Below are positions 38,529 to 47,552 of a stretch of DNA of 64,000 nucleotides, in pieces (position 1 is the stretch's first letter; each line of letters opens with the position of its first letter). Made by a program: the position numbers and the translations under genes. This DNA comes from Candidatus Eiseniibacteriota bacterium (GTDB lineage: Bacteria > Eisenbacteria > RBG-16-71-46 > CAZAMP01), in the NCBI GenBank assembly GCA_965224245.1, contig OZ245046.1:3552001-3616000 (forward strand), written 5' to 3'. Under the pieces are notes generated by a model. It was not told the DNA's origin, did no database searches, and saw only the letters and a program-made list of their open reading frames with translations.

Positions 38529-39939
38529 ACGGCGGAACCTGGACCGGGCCGCGCCCTCTCCGCCGTGTCACCCGCCGCCCACGTCGAGATGCGGCCCGTG
38601 TGCGCTCGCGGATCGTGGCCTCGAGTCGGGATGCCAGCTCGGTCGCGATCACCGCGTGTCCCCGTTCTCCGAGATGAACGAAGTCGAAGTAAAGCTCGCC
38701 CGCGGTGGTGATCCGGTTCTCGCGCACCCAGCGATCGATCGCCGCACCCACGTCGACCTGCGTCACGTGGGGGTGCGACTCGGCGACCCTCAGCTGCCGA
38801 TCCATGTAGCCGCGAAGCTGGGCGCGCTGGGTGTCGTGCGACATGGCCTGCCGGTGAGCGGCGATCGCACCGTCACGGTCACCGGCCGCCAGGAGGAAGC
38901 GCGAGTGCATGAAGTGCAGCATGGCCCAGTCCGGGTGACGCGCGATCGCGTCCTCGACGACCGACAGGCACCTGGGATCGTCGGGCGGCCGGGGCGAGGG
39001 AACGCCGGCGCGCTCGAGCTCGCGATCCAGCCACGCGCTCTGCGTCATCCAGATGCGCACCCCGTTCTCCTCGATCGGAACCTCGTTCAGCACGACCGGA
39101 ATGTCCGGCTTGGGCGGCGTCGTCAACAGGTAGAGCGGCGCGCCGACGTCCCGGCAGAGCTCGGCGATGGCCGCCACGTTCGCCTGGTGCTGCTCCGGCG
39201 ATACCCGTGGTACGGGATCCCGATCGGCTCCACGCGTTCCCGCGACGAGCAGGATCCGTCGTCGCAGCCAGCGGTAGGCGTGCGATCGCTCCAGGACGTT
39301 CAGCAAGCGCGGGCGGGCGTACCGCTGATCGGCGTCGGCGAGGGGGGCCAGGCACATGTCGTTGAAGCCGACCTGAACGCACACCGCATCGGGCTCCATG
39401 GCCGGCGCGTAGCGCTGGAGGACGAGGCGCACCTGATGGCTGGAGAAGCCGTCGACGCCCAGGTTCACCACCTCGACGCGAATGCCGTCGCTCGCGACCC
39501 GGCGATCGAGGAGGTACTCGAGGCCGGCCGAGTAGATGCGATCGTCGTGCGCGACACCGAATCCCATGGCGTTGCTATCGCCGGCCACCAGGACCCGGAA
39601 CACGCCCGGGCCTTTCTGGATCTCGAAGTCGGGCCCGCGAAATCCCTCGCGATTCGTGCGCATCGGCGGCGTCTCGGTCGCCGCCTCGGCGGACGACCCG
39701 TCCTCGGGCACCACGGCGGACCGAACGAGCTGGTTGCGGACGAGACGCCAACCCAGCTCATCGTCGCGCTCGTGGTAGAGGACCGATCGCTGGTGTCGCT
39801 GGTCGAACCGGAACCGCCGCTCGTCTCCCGGCAGCGCGATCTCGGGATCGATCAGCCGGACGAGACCCTCGCACGCGATGGCGAAGAACGCGATCGAGCC
39901 GGCGGCGACCAGCCAGCGCAGTGCCATCGATCGTGTCAA
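38512..39939 (-). CDS. membrane-anchored SGNH/GDSL hydrolase family protein
   Basis: N-terminal TM, NREGFRG, AGDSNAMGFG, NLGVDG, GFND, DFVH. Confidence 0.87.
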   Translation of the reverse strand: MTRSMALRWLVAAGSIAFFAIACEGLVRLIDPEIALPGDERRFRFDQRHQRSVLYHERDDELGWRLVRNQLVRSAVVPEDGSSAEAATETPPMRTNREGFRGPDFEIQKGPGVFRVLVAGDSNAMGFGVAHDDRIYSAGLEYLLDRRVASDGIRVEVVNLGVDGFSSHQVRLVLQRYAPAMEPDAVCVQVGFNDMCLAPLADADQRYARPRLLNVLERSHAYRWLRRRILLVAGTRGADRDPVPRVSPEQHQANVAAIAELCRDVGAPLYLLTTPPKPDIPVVLNEVPIEENGVRIWMTQSAWLDRELERAGVPSPRPPDDPRCLSVVEDAIARHPDWAMLHFMHSRFLLAAGDRDGAIAAHRQAMSHDTQRAQLRGYMDRQLRVAESHPHVTQVDVGAAIDRWVRENRITTAGELYFDFVHLGERGHAVIATELASRLEATIRERTRAASRRGRRVTRRRGRGPVQVPPFSARR

Positions 39940-40036
39940 CGTCGCTCCTGACCCGGAAGAGGAAGGTGTGGCTCGCCGGTGAGCGCGCCCATCGTGGCGC
40001 GTCAGTGTATCGGCGCACTCGGAGAGGGGACAACCC

Positions 40037-43000
40037 TCACGCGTGGGCGTGGGATCGAAGGCGAGACATCGCGGCGCTCAGGATCTCGTCCTCGGTCAGA
40101 CCGACCGATCCCGCCCAGACGCGTCCGAACGCCGCGTCGCCCAGCGCCCTGCGACAGCGCTGCCGCGCCCTGGACAGCACCTCGGCGCGCGCGGGCACCA
40201 GCTCGGTGCGCGTCCGGCGCCGGTGCTTCTCGGACCAGGCGAGAAACCCCGTCGCGCCCTCGTGATCGCCGAGGCTCGCCAGTGCGAGCCCGCACTCGCG
40301 GACCTGCACGCCTGCGCTCGTACGTCCGTCACCCATCGCGAACGTCAGACCGGCCCGGGCGGCGTCCAGCATGGCCCGCCGATCCCCGCGCACGATGTGC
40401 ACGCGCGTGAGCATCTCGAGCGCGTACGAGCGAGACTGGGGATCCCCGGCCCGTCGCGCGAGCGCGAGCGCCTCCTCGGCGCGCGTCGCGGCGACGTCGA
40501 GCTCCTCGGGGTAGAGCTCCGGCGCGCTCATCCGGCACAGCGTGATCGCGATCGCCTGTAACGCACCGTTCTCACGCGCCACCCGGAGACATCGCTCGTA
40601 GTGCACCCTGGCCTCGTCGTACCGGCGCTCCATCTCGGCGAGAAGTCCGAGGTTCAGGAGCGACCGGACGACGTGTCCGCCGGTGAGCTCGGACATGTCC
40701 AGGGCCAGCGCCTCGGTGTAGCACGCCCTCGCGGTCTCGCGGTCGCGAAGACGCTGCGCCGCCGCCCCCCGGTTCAAGAGTCCCGTGGCCACGGTGGCCA
40801 CGTCGCCCTCGCGCCTCGCGAGCGCGATGCACGCCTCGGCGTACCCGATCGCGGATCGGCTGTCCCCGAGCTCCATGGAGACCAGGGCCAGGTTGCTCAA
40901 CGCGATCGCCTCGCCGCGGACCTCCCCGATCGCGCGATACACCTCGAGGGCGTCCCGGTGGTGGCGCCGTGCGCGCTCGAACTCGTGGAAGTTCCAGAAG
41001 ATGTTCCCGACCGCGGTCCACGTGCGCGCCCACTCCCGGGTCTCGGTCCGGAGATCGGGACGCGCCGCGAGTGCCTCGGACACCTCGCGCGCGCGCCGGA
41101 AGCGGTTCCGGCGATCCCAGTACAGGATCAGCAGCGCGGCCACCGGCATCAGCGTCGCGATCTCGTTCTCGCGTGCGAGGCAGCGATCCACCACGACGTC
41201 CACGTTCTCCCGATCCCGGTCCAGCAGCTCCAGCGCGGGCCCTGGATCGGGGGATCGGATGTCGGGCGCCACCGAGACGATGCGCGCGATGAAGTGGTCG
41301 CGGTGACGAACCGCCACCACGTCCTCGCGACCGGATCGCGAGAGCGCTCGGCGGGCGAACTGGCGTATCGTCTCCAGCATGCGGTACCGGCTCGCCGGCG
41401 AGCCGCCGTCGGGGAGTCGCTCGACGAGGGACTTGTCCACGAGGGCTTCCAGCGCGGCGGTCGCGTCGTCCGGACCGGGCAGGTCGCCGGCCGCGGCGGC
41501 GATCGCCTCCACCGCGGCCAGATCGAAGCTCCCCGCAAACACGGAGAGGTTCTCGAACAGGACCCGATCGGCGTCGGTGAGCTGCTCGACGGACCACTCG
41601 ATCAGACCGACCAGCGTGCGATGGTGGGGGAGCCCCGTGCGCTGGCGGGACACGAGCAATCGGAAGCGATCCTGCAGCCGGTCCAGAACCTCGTGCGCGG
41701 TGAGCAGGCGGAGCTTCGCCGCCGCCAGCTCGATCGCGAGCGGGATCCCGTCGAGCTCGCGGCAGATGGCGGCCACGACCGGCGCCGTGTCCGCGCGCAG
41801 CTCGAATGCGGGCGTGACCGCGCGCGCGCGATCCCGGAACAGGCGGACCGCCTCGTTGGCGCCGAGCGCCTCGGTGTCCGTCACGTCGGGCTCCGGTACA
41901 CGAAGCGGATCGATCCCGACCACGTGCTCGCCGGGCACGCGAAGGGGCTCCCGGCTCGTGGCGAGCACGTTCACCCCTGCGCACGTCTCCAGGAGCCGCG
42001 TCACGAGGACGGCGACCGGGTCCAGCACGTGCTCGCAGTTGTCGAGGATCACGAGCACCCGCCGGCCGCGCACCGCCGCGACCAGCGCGTCCAGCGGGTC
42101 CCGACCCGGCTCGACGCCGACATCCAGCGCCTCGACGACGCGGCCGGCCACGTCCCCCGCCGGGCCGAGTGGCGAGAGCTCGATCCAGAAGACGCCGTCG
42201 CCGAATCCGGCCAGCGCGTCGCGCGCCAGCTCCAGGCACAGACGAGACTTGCCGGAGCCGCCGGTTCCGGTCACGGTCACGACGCGTTCTCGATGCACGA
42301 GATCGGAGATGTGCGCGATCTCGGCCTCGCGACCGACGAAGCTGGTGGCGGTGGCGGGGAGGTTGTGCGGGGCCCGGTCGGCCCCCACCAGCGCCTCGGC
42401 CATCTCGGTCATCGCCTCGAATCGGTCGCGGGGATCGGGGGCCATCGCGCGTTCGACGACCCGGACGAACGGCGCGGGCACGTCGGGCCGCCGGTCGCGG
42501 AGCGACGGCGGCCCTCCGCGACGGTGCCGATCGCGGATCTCGTCGACGGTGCGTCCGGCGACCGGATGCGTGCGGGTGACGAGCCGGAACAGCAGCACGC
42601 CCAGTGCGTACACGTCGCCGGCCACGCTGGTCGGCGCGCCCTCGAACGCCTCGGGCGGCATCGCGACCGGTGTTCCCACGAGCGGACGCAAGGACGCCGA
42701 CCCGTCTCGCGGCAGGTCCGAGACCGCCCCGAAGTCCGACAGAAGCACCCGGCCGTCGCGATCACACAGGACGTTTGCGGCCTTCACGTCGCCGTGGACC
42801 AGCCCCGCCTCGTGCACGGCCGCGAGCGCGCTCGCCAGCGCGCCACCGATCCGGCACGCCTCGGATACCGAGAGCGGTCCCTCGGTCTCCAGCCGCGCCT
42901 CCAGGTCGGTACCGCGCACGAAGTCGGTCCAGAGCCCGACCCGGCCGCCGTGGATGTCCGCACCGTGGATCGTCAGCACGTTCGGATGCCGGACGCGGGC

Positions 43001-43348
43001 GTGCCGGCGGGCCTCCTCCAGGAAGGACCGGGCGGCCGTGATGTCGTCGGTCGCGCCGACGCGCCGCAGCTTGAGGGCCACCTCGCGGTCGAGCCGGGGA
43101 TCGATCGCCCGGTACACGTCCCCGAAGCTCCCCCGGCCGACCTCCTCGAACACCCGGAGCGGACCCCACGAGAACTGCGGCTCCTCGCGCGGCGCCGGCG
43201 AGGCGACGCGCCGGAAGCCGGCCGCGACCGCCTCGACGATCCGGAGACCGCCGAGATCCTCGTCCTCCACCGTGTCCCAGTCGATGGGTCGTTCGTCCGC
43301 GATCCACTCGGCCAGACGGGCCCGCCGACCGTCGTGCTCCCGGGTCAT
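40037..43348 (-). CDS. Ser/Thr protein kinase + STAND (NB-ARC-like) ATPase + TPR repeats
   Basis: GRGSFG, VALK, HGDVKAAN, DFG; Walker A GTGGSGKS, Walker B ILDNCEH, LDGIPLAIELAA; C-terminal TPRs; GAGGAGG RBS. Confidence 0.93.
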   Translation of the reverse strand: MTREHDGRRARLAEWIADERPIDWDTVEDEDLGGLRIVEAVAAGFRRVASPAPREEPQFSWGPLRVFEEVGRGSFGDVYRAIDPRLDREVALKLRRVGATDDITAARSFLEEARRHARVRHPNVLTIHGADIHGGRVGLWTDFVRGTDLEARLETEGPLSVSEACRIGGALASALAAVHEAGLVHGDVKAANVLCDRDGRVLLSDFGAVSDLPRDGSASLRPLVGTPVAMPPEAFEGAPTSVAGDVYALGVLLFRLVTRTHPVAGRTVDEIRDRHRRGGPPSLRDRRPDVPAPFVRVVERAMAPDPRDRFEAMTEMAEALVGADRAPHNLPATATSFVGREAEIAHISDLVHRERVVTVTGTGGSGKSRLCLELARDALAGFGDGVFWIELSPLGPAGDVAGRVVEALDVGVEPGRDPLDALVAAVRGRRVLVILDNCEHVLDPVAVLVTRLLETCAGVNVLATSREPLRVPGEHVVGIDPLRVPEPDVTDTEALGANEAVRLFRDRARAVTPAFELRADTAPVVAAICRELDGIPLAIELAAAKLRLLTAHEVLDRLQDRFRLLVSRQRTGLPHHRTLVGLIEWSVEQLTDADRVLFENLSVFAGSFDLAAVEAIAAAAGDLPGPDDATAALEALVDKSLVERLPDGGSPASRYRMLETIRQFARRALSRSGREDVVAVRHRDHFIARIVSVAPDIRSPDPGPALELLDRDRENVDVVVDRCLARENEIATLMPVAALLILYWDRRNRFRRAREVSEALAARPDLRTETREWARTWTAVGNIFWNFHEFERARRHHRDALEVYRAIGEVRGEAIALSNLALVSMELGDSRSAIGYAEACIALARREGDVATVATGLLNRGAAAQRLRDRETARACYTEALALDMSELTGGHVVRSLLNLGLLAEMERRYDEARVHYERCLRVARENGALQAIAITLCRMSAPELYPEELDVAATRAEEALALARRAGDPQSRSYALEMLTRVHIVRGDRRAMLDAARAGLTFAMGDGRTSAGVQVRECGLALASLGDHEGATGFLAWSEKHRRRTRTELVPARAEVLSRARQRCRRALGDAAFGRVWAGSVGLTEDEILSAAMSRLRSHAHA

Positions 43349-43421
43349 GACGACCTCCTCTCCCCTCTCGATCGACGGGTCGAGGGCGCGGAATCGCACA
43401 GGAGAGCGCGCCGCCGGACGA

Positions 43422-43997
43422 TCACCGGTGCTTCCCGAGCAGGGTCGAGAGGTGCGCGATGGATCGCGACACGGCCATGCGGGCCGCGTTGGCCGAGGGG
43501 CTCCCGATCGCGTCGGCGATCTCCTGGTAGGACATCTGAAACTCCAGGCGAAGGATGACCGCCTCCCGCGCGGCCTCCGGCAGTGTCGCCAGTGCCTCCT
43601 CGTAGGCATCCAGCGTGTCGCGCCCGATCGCCTGCTCCAGAAGCGATGCCTGCGCGTCCGGGATCTCCTCGGAGATCGCGTCACGCTGCGTCCGGCTCGA
43701 TGCGCGGCGCAGCTCGTCCCGAAGCGCGTTCAGGAGCGTCTGGCGCAGGTAGGCCAGAAACGCACCCTCCCGCTCGGCCCGGAACGACTCGATCTGCTTC
43801 AGGACGCGGACGAGGGTCACCTGGACGAGGTCGTCGGTGTCCGTCATGCCGCGCCCGGCGGCCGGTAGCCGACCGTGTGCCCAACGCCGGAGAATCGGCA
43901 GGTAGCGGGCCAGCAGTCGATCGCGAGCCGCCTCGTCGCCGCCGCGGTAGAGGCTCAGCAGATGCGCGGTCGAGTCCGGCGCGGGTCTGGATGACAC
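43422..43997 (-). CDS. ECF sigma factor, kinase-associated type
   Basis: WAHGRLP...TDTDDLVQ, region 4 MSYQEIADAIGSPSANAARM; directly upstream of the kinase. Confidence 0.9.
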   Translation of the reverse strand: MSSRPAPDSTAHLLSLYRGGDEAARDRLLARYLPILRRWAHGRLPAAGRGMTDTDDLVQVTLVRVLKQIESFRAEREGAFLAYLRQTLLNALRDELRRASSRTQRDAISEEIPDAQASLLEQAIGRDTLDAYEEALATLPEAAREAVILRLEFQMSYQEIADAIGSPSANAARMAVSRSIAHLSTLLGKHR

Positions 43998-44165
43998 GAG
44001 GCACTCTCCGGGGTTTGCGACGTCGGGTCATCACGACGCCCGATGATAGCGCCCTGGCCGGCGCGCGGTCCCCAAAACGCACGCGGAGACCGTACCCGTA
44101 CGCCGGATCGCGCCCGTCGCGCCGCTCGCCCGGCGCGCCCCCCGCTCGCCGAAACTGGATGACCG

Positions 44166-44174
44166 TGCTATTCT
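44166..44174 (+). promoter_or_regulatory. extended -10 element TGC-TATTCT
   Basis: About 100 bp upstream of the 44277 gene. Confidence 0.4.
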
Positions 44175-44276
44175 CACACGGTTCCGAGCCCAATTCATGA
44201 TCCGCCGGCGTGCGACATCCCCCTGTCGTGTTCGAGCTGGTCGCGCCGATCCCACACTCTCAACCATGAGGTACAG

Positions 44277-47200
44277 ATGCTGTCCAGACTGTCGACGCCC
44301 ACGAAGTTCGGGGTCGGAGCAGCGGCCGGAGCCGCTACCCTGGCCGTCGCCGTCGCCGTCGCCGTGCTCGCGCCGCACGCGACCGACCGCATCGCGATCG
44401 GGGATCGGTCCTTCGACCGGACCGAGCTGCGTCTCAACGACCACACCGGGAGCAGGCAGGGCAACGTCTCGCTCGACATGGATGCGTCGGGGAACGTCGT
44501 CGCCGCGTGGGACAGCCGCCGGCAGCAGGACGGGACCTACGGCGTCTACGCCCGCGCGATCGACGCGAGCGGCGTGCTGAGCGATCGCGAGCAGCAGGTC
44601 AACGTGCTCACCGCGTCGATGCAGGAGTCGCCGGCGGTCGCGTTCGCGGGCCAGCGCCCGGCGTTCGCATGGCGATCGTTTCGGCAAGATGGCCATCTCG
44701 GCGGCATCGTGGCCCGACGGCTCGGCGACGAGTCGCTGGCGAACGAGGTCCGCATCGGCGATCAGACCGACGTCGTGCTGGCCGCGTGGCCCGGCGGGGA
44801 GACGGTCGCCGCCTGGACGACGAGCGACGTGGACGGACGCTCCCGGGTCGCGTGCCGCGTGTTCGACGCCGACGGCAACCCGACGACCGGCGAGATCACG
44901 GTCGCCGACGACGCTGAGTGGAACGACCGCGTTCCCAGCATCGCCACCGCCGGGGACGGCTCGTTCATGGTCACCTGGGGACGCTCCGCCAGGGGGGGCG
45001 CCGTCTTCGACGTGCTCGCGCAACGCTTCGACCGCGACGGCCGTGCCGTCGGCGACGTCCAGCGCGTCAGCGAGACCGACGCCACCGACATCGAGCCCGC
45101 GATCGCCGGTGACGGCCGGGGGCGCTACGTGATCGCGTGGCTGCACCTGGACGACGTGAACGACTACGACATCCACGTCCGCCGTTACGGCCAGGACGCT
45201 CGACCGATGGGCGACGCGTTCCTCGCGTCGGCCGATCCCACCGGTTGGCAGGCCGGCGCGGCCGTCGACGCCAGCCGGCGCGGCGACTTCGTGGTGGCCT
45301 GGAACACGAACACCGACGCGGGTCGCGACTCGGACGTGTACGTTCGCACGTTCGACGCCGATGCCCGGCCCACCTCGGGTGACGTGCGCGTGAACCGCCA
45401 CACCGACGGGCGCCAGTACATGACCGAGGCCCGCGGCACCGGACGCGTCGCGATCGGCGACGACGGCCGGCTCGCCGTGGCCTGGCAGGGAGACTCCGGT
45501 CTGGGTGACGCGTCCGCGGCCAACGTGACGCTGCTCCTGCCCGCGCGGCGTGGGGTGCTCGGCGAGCTCGCCACCCTGGTTCGGGACTCTCGCAACCGGC
45601 TCGCGTCCCGGCGGAGCGCCGGCGACGCCGGGCTCGCGTTCGATCGAGCGGCCGCGCCGCATCAGCCACCGGTCTTCGATCCCGAGCTCGTGGCCGAGAT
45701 CCCGACCGAGGTCGAGGTGGTCTCGCGCGGCGGAGGGGACATCGCGTTCGACGGCATCACCACCACGGGCTGGGTGCCACCGGATCCGCACCTGGCCGTG
45801 GGCGCCGAGCACATCGTCATGACCGCCAACGGCGCGATCCGCGTGGTGGGCAAGGACGGCACGTTCAACTGGCAGCTCGACATCAACGGCGCGGGCGGGT
45901 TCTGGGGTCCCGTGGGCGCGGGCGATGCCGGCGGCTTCGTGTTCGACCCCGAGGCCCTCTACGACACGCTGGAGGACCGCTATCTGGTGATGGCCAACGA
46001 GCGCTCGGGCGGTCGGTCGTACTTCCTGCTCGGTGTCTCGATGACCAGCGACCCGAGCAGCCCGTCGAACTGGTGGCTCTACCGGATCGACGTGACCGCT
46101 CTCGCCGGCGGCGACATCGACTCCCCGAACTTCGCCGTCGACGGCGACTACGTGTACATGACGGCCGACTTCTTCAGCCCGGACAAGTACCTCATCTACA
46201 CCGTGACGAAGGCGACGGCCTACGCGGGCCTCCCGCTCTCCTCGGCGAGCTTCCTGCGTACGGGCACACAGTCGTTCGGGCTTCCGTCGATGTACTCGAT
46301 CGACGCCCCGCGGATGTACATGATCGAGCACTTCGACTCCGAGCCGTCGTCCCAGCTGCGCCTCTGGGCCATCAACAACCCGGGCGGTCCCATCAACATC
46401 CAGTCGACGATGCTGACCGTGCCCACGTACTACAACCCGGGCAACGCTCGGTCCCAGGGTACGGGCGCCGTCGTCGAGCTCTTCGAGGACCGCTTCTGGA
46501 GCTGCATGTATCGCGACGGGTCGCTCTGGGCCTGCCATCACACGTCGACCACGCTCTCCCCGCGCTACGCCCGGGGCCGGTGGTACGAGATCGAGATGAA
46601 CGGCTGGCCGACGTCGGGCAATCCGCCGACGCTTCGCCAGTCGGGCACGGTGGATCTGGGCGAGAACACGTACCTGTCGTTCAACTCGATCTTCGCCGAC
46701 GACGCGGGGAATGCGTACATGGTGTTCGCGCGGTCGTCGCTGAGCGAGTTCTGGTCGATCTCCCGCACGTACCGGCAGGCCGGCGATGCGCTCGGCTTCA
46801 TGTCGCCGCCGGCGTTCGTCAAGCAGTCGATGGCGGCCTACGGCAGCACCCGCTGGGGCGACTACAGCGGCGTCGTTCAGGATCCGTTCGTGCCCGACAA
46901 GTTCTGGTCGCATCACGAGTACACGCCGGGCGGCGGCCAGTGGCGCACGTGGATCGCGTGCGAGACGCTGGGGCCGGTGGTCGCGGTGCCCGAGATCCCG
47001 GATGGACTGGTGGGTACGCTGGACATCGCTCCGACGCCGACGTCGGGACCGACCCGCTTCGGGTTCGAGCTTCCGGTCGCGGGATCCACGGCGATCGAGA
47101 TCTACGACGTGTCCGGGCGCACGGTGCGCTCGCTCGAGCTGGGCGCGCGTGACGCCACGGCGCACTCGATCCAGTGGGACGGCCGGAACGACGCCGGATC

Positions 47201-47285
47201 GGCCGTGGCGAACGGCGTCTACGTGGCGCGCGTGCTGGTGGACGGACGCCCGGTGGCGGCCGAGCGGCTGGTGGTCACGCGCTAG
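44277..47285 (+). CDS. large secreted beta-repeat protein with FlgD-Ig/T9SS-like C-terminal domain
   Basis: N-terminal hydrophobic segment, repeats of VN..T...Q..P.VA...G.F.VAW, PPDPHLAVG domain, RWGDYS, tail YDVSGRTVRSL...WDGRND.G..VANGVY. Confidence 0.85.
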   Translation: MLSRLSTPTKFGVGAAAGAATLAVAVAVAVLAPHATDRIAIGDRSFDRTELRLNDHTGSRQGNVSLDMDASGNVVAAWDSRRQQDGTYGVYARAIDASGVLSDREQQVNVLTASMQESPAVAFAGQRPAFAWRSFRQDGHLGGIVARRLGDESLANEVRIGDQTDVVLAAWPGGETVAAWTTSDVDGRSRVACRVFDADGNPTTGEITVADDAEWNDRVPSIATAGDGSFMVTWGRSARGGAVFDVLAQRFDRDGRAVGDVQRVSETDATDIEPAIAGDGRGRYVIAWLHLDDVNDYDIHVRRYGQDARPMGDAFLASADPTGWQAGAAVDASRRGDFVVAWNTNTDAGRDSDVYVRTFDADARPTSGDVRVNRHTDGRQYMTEARGTGRVAIGDDGRLAVAWQGDSGLGDASAANVTLLLPARRGVLGELATLVRDSRNRLASRRSAGDAGLAFDRAAAPHQPPVFDPELVAEIPTEVEVVSRGGGDIAFDGITTTGWVPPDPHLAVGAEHIVMTANGAIRVVGKDGTFNWQLDINGAGGFWGPVGAGDAGGFVFDPEALYDTLEDRYLVMANERSGGRSYFLLGVSMTSDPSSPSNWWLYRIDVTALAGGDIDSPNFAVDGDYVYMTADFFSPDKYLIYTVTKATAYAGLPLSSASFLRTGTQSFGLPSMYSIDAPRMYMIEHFDSEPSSQLRLWAINNPGGPINIQSTMLTVPTYYNPGNARSQGTGAVVELFEDRFWSCMYRDGSLWACHHTSTTLSPRYARGRWYEIEMNGWPTSGNPPTLRQSGTVDLGENTYLSFNSIFADDAGNAYMVFARSSLSEFWSISRTYRQAGDALGFMSPPAFVKQSMAAYGSTRWGDYSGVVQDPFVPDKFWSHHEYTPGGGQWRTWIACETLGPVVAVPEIPDGLVGTLDIAPTPTSGPTRFGFELPVAGSTAIEIYDVSGRTVRSLELGARDATAHSIQWDGRNDAGSAVANGVYVARVLVDGRPVAAERLVVTR

Positions 47286-47497
47286 GGCCGGCGAACGACG
47301 ATCGAACGGCTCCGACGCCCGGCGTCGCCTCCGGGCGGCGTCCGGGCGTTCGAACGTTGCCCGGGACCGGACGCCCGAGGGCCTTCCGAGGTCGCCCACC
47401 GGATGGAACGGCCGAGAGCAACCTCGCCCGTGGGTCTCGGATGAGCCGGCCGGGGCGCTCGGGGCGTGAGATTGGCGCGGGCCCGACCCACGCTCGC

Positions 47498-47506
47498 TGG
47501 TATACT
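47498..47506 (+). promoter_or_regulatory. extended -10 element TGG-TATACT
   Basis: 46 bp upstream of the ATG at 47553 (GGAGG RBS). Confidence 0.55.
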
Positions 47507-47552
47507 TTGTCGGTTGGCTTCCCCCTCAGCTCTCGATCCATGGAGGACACGA

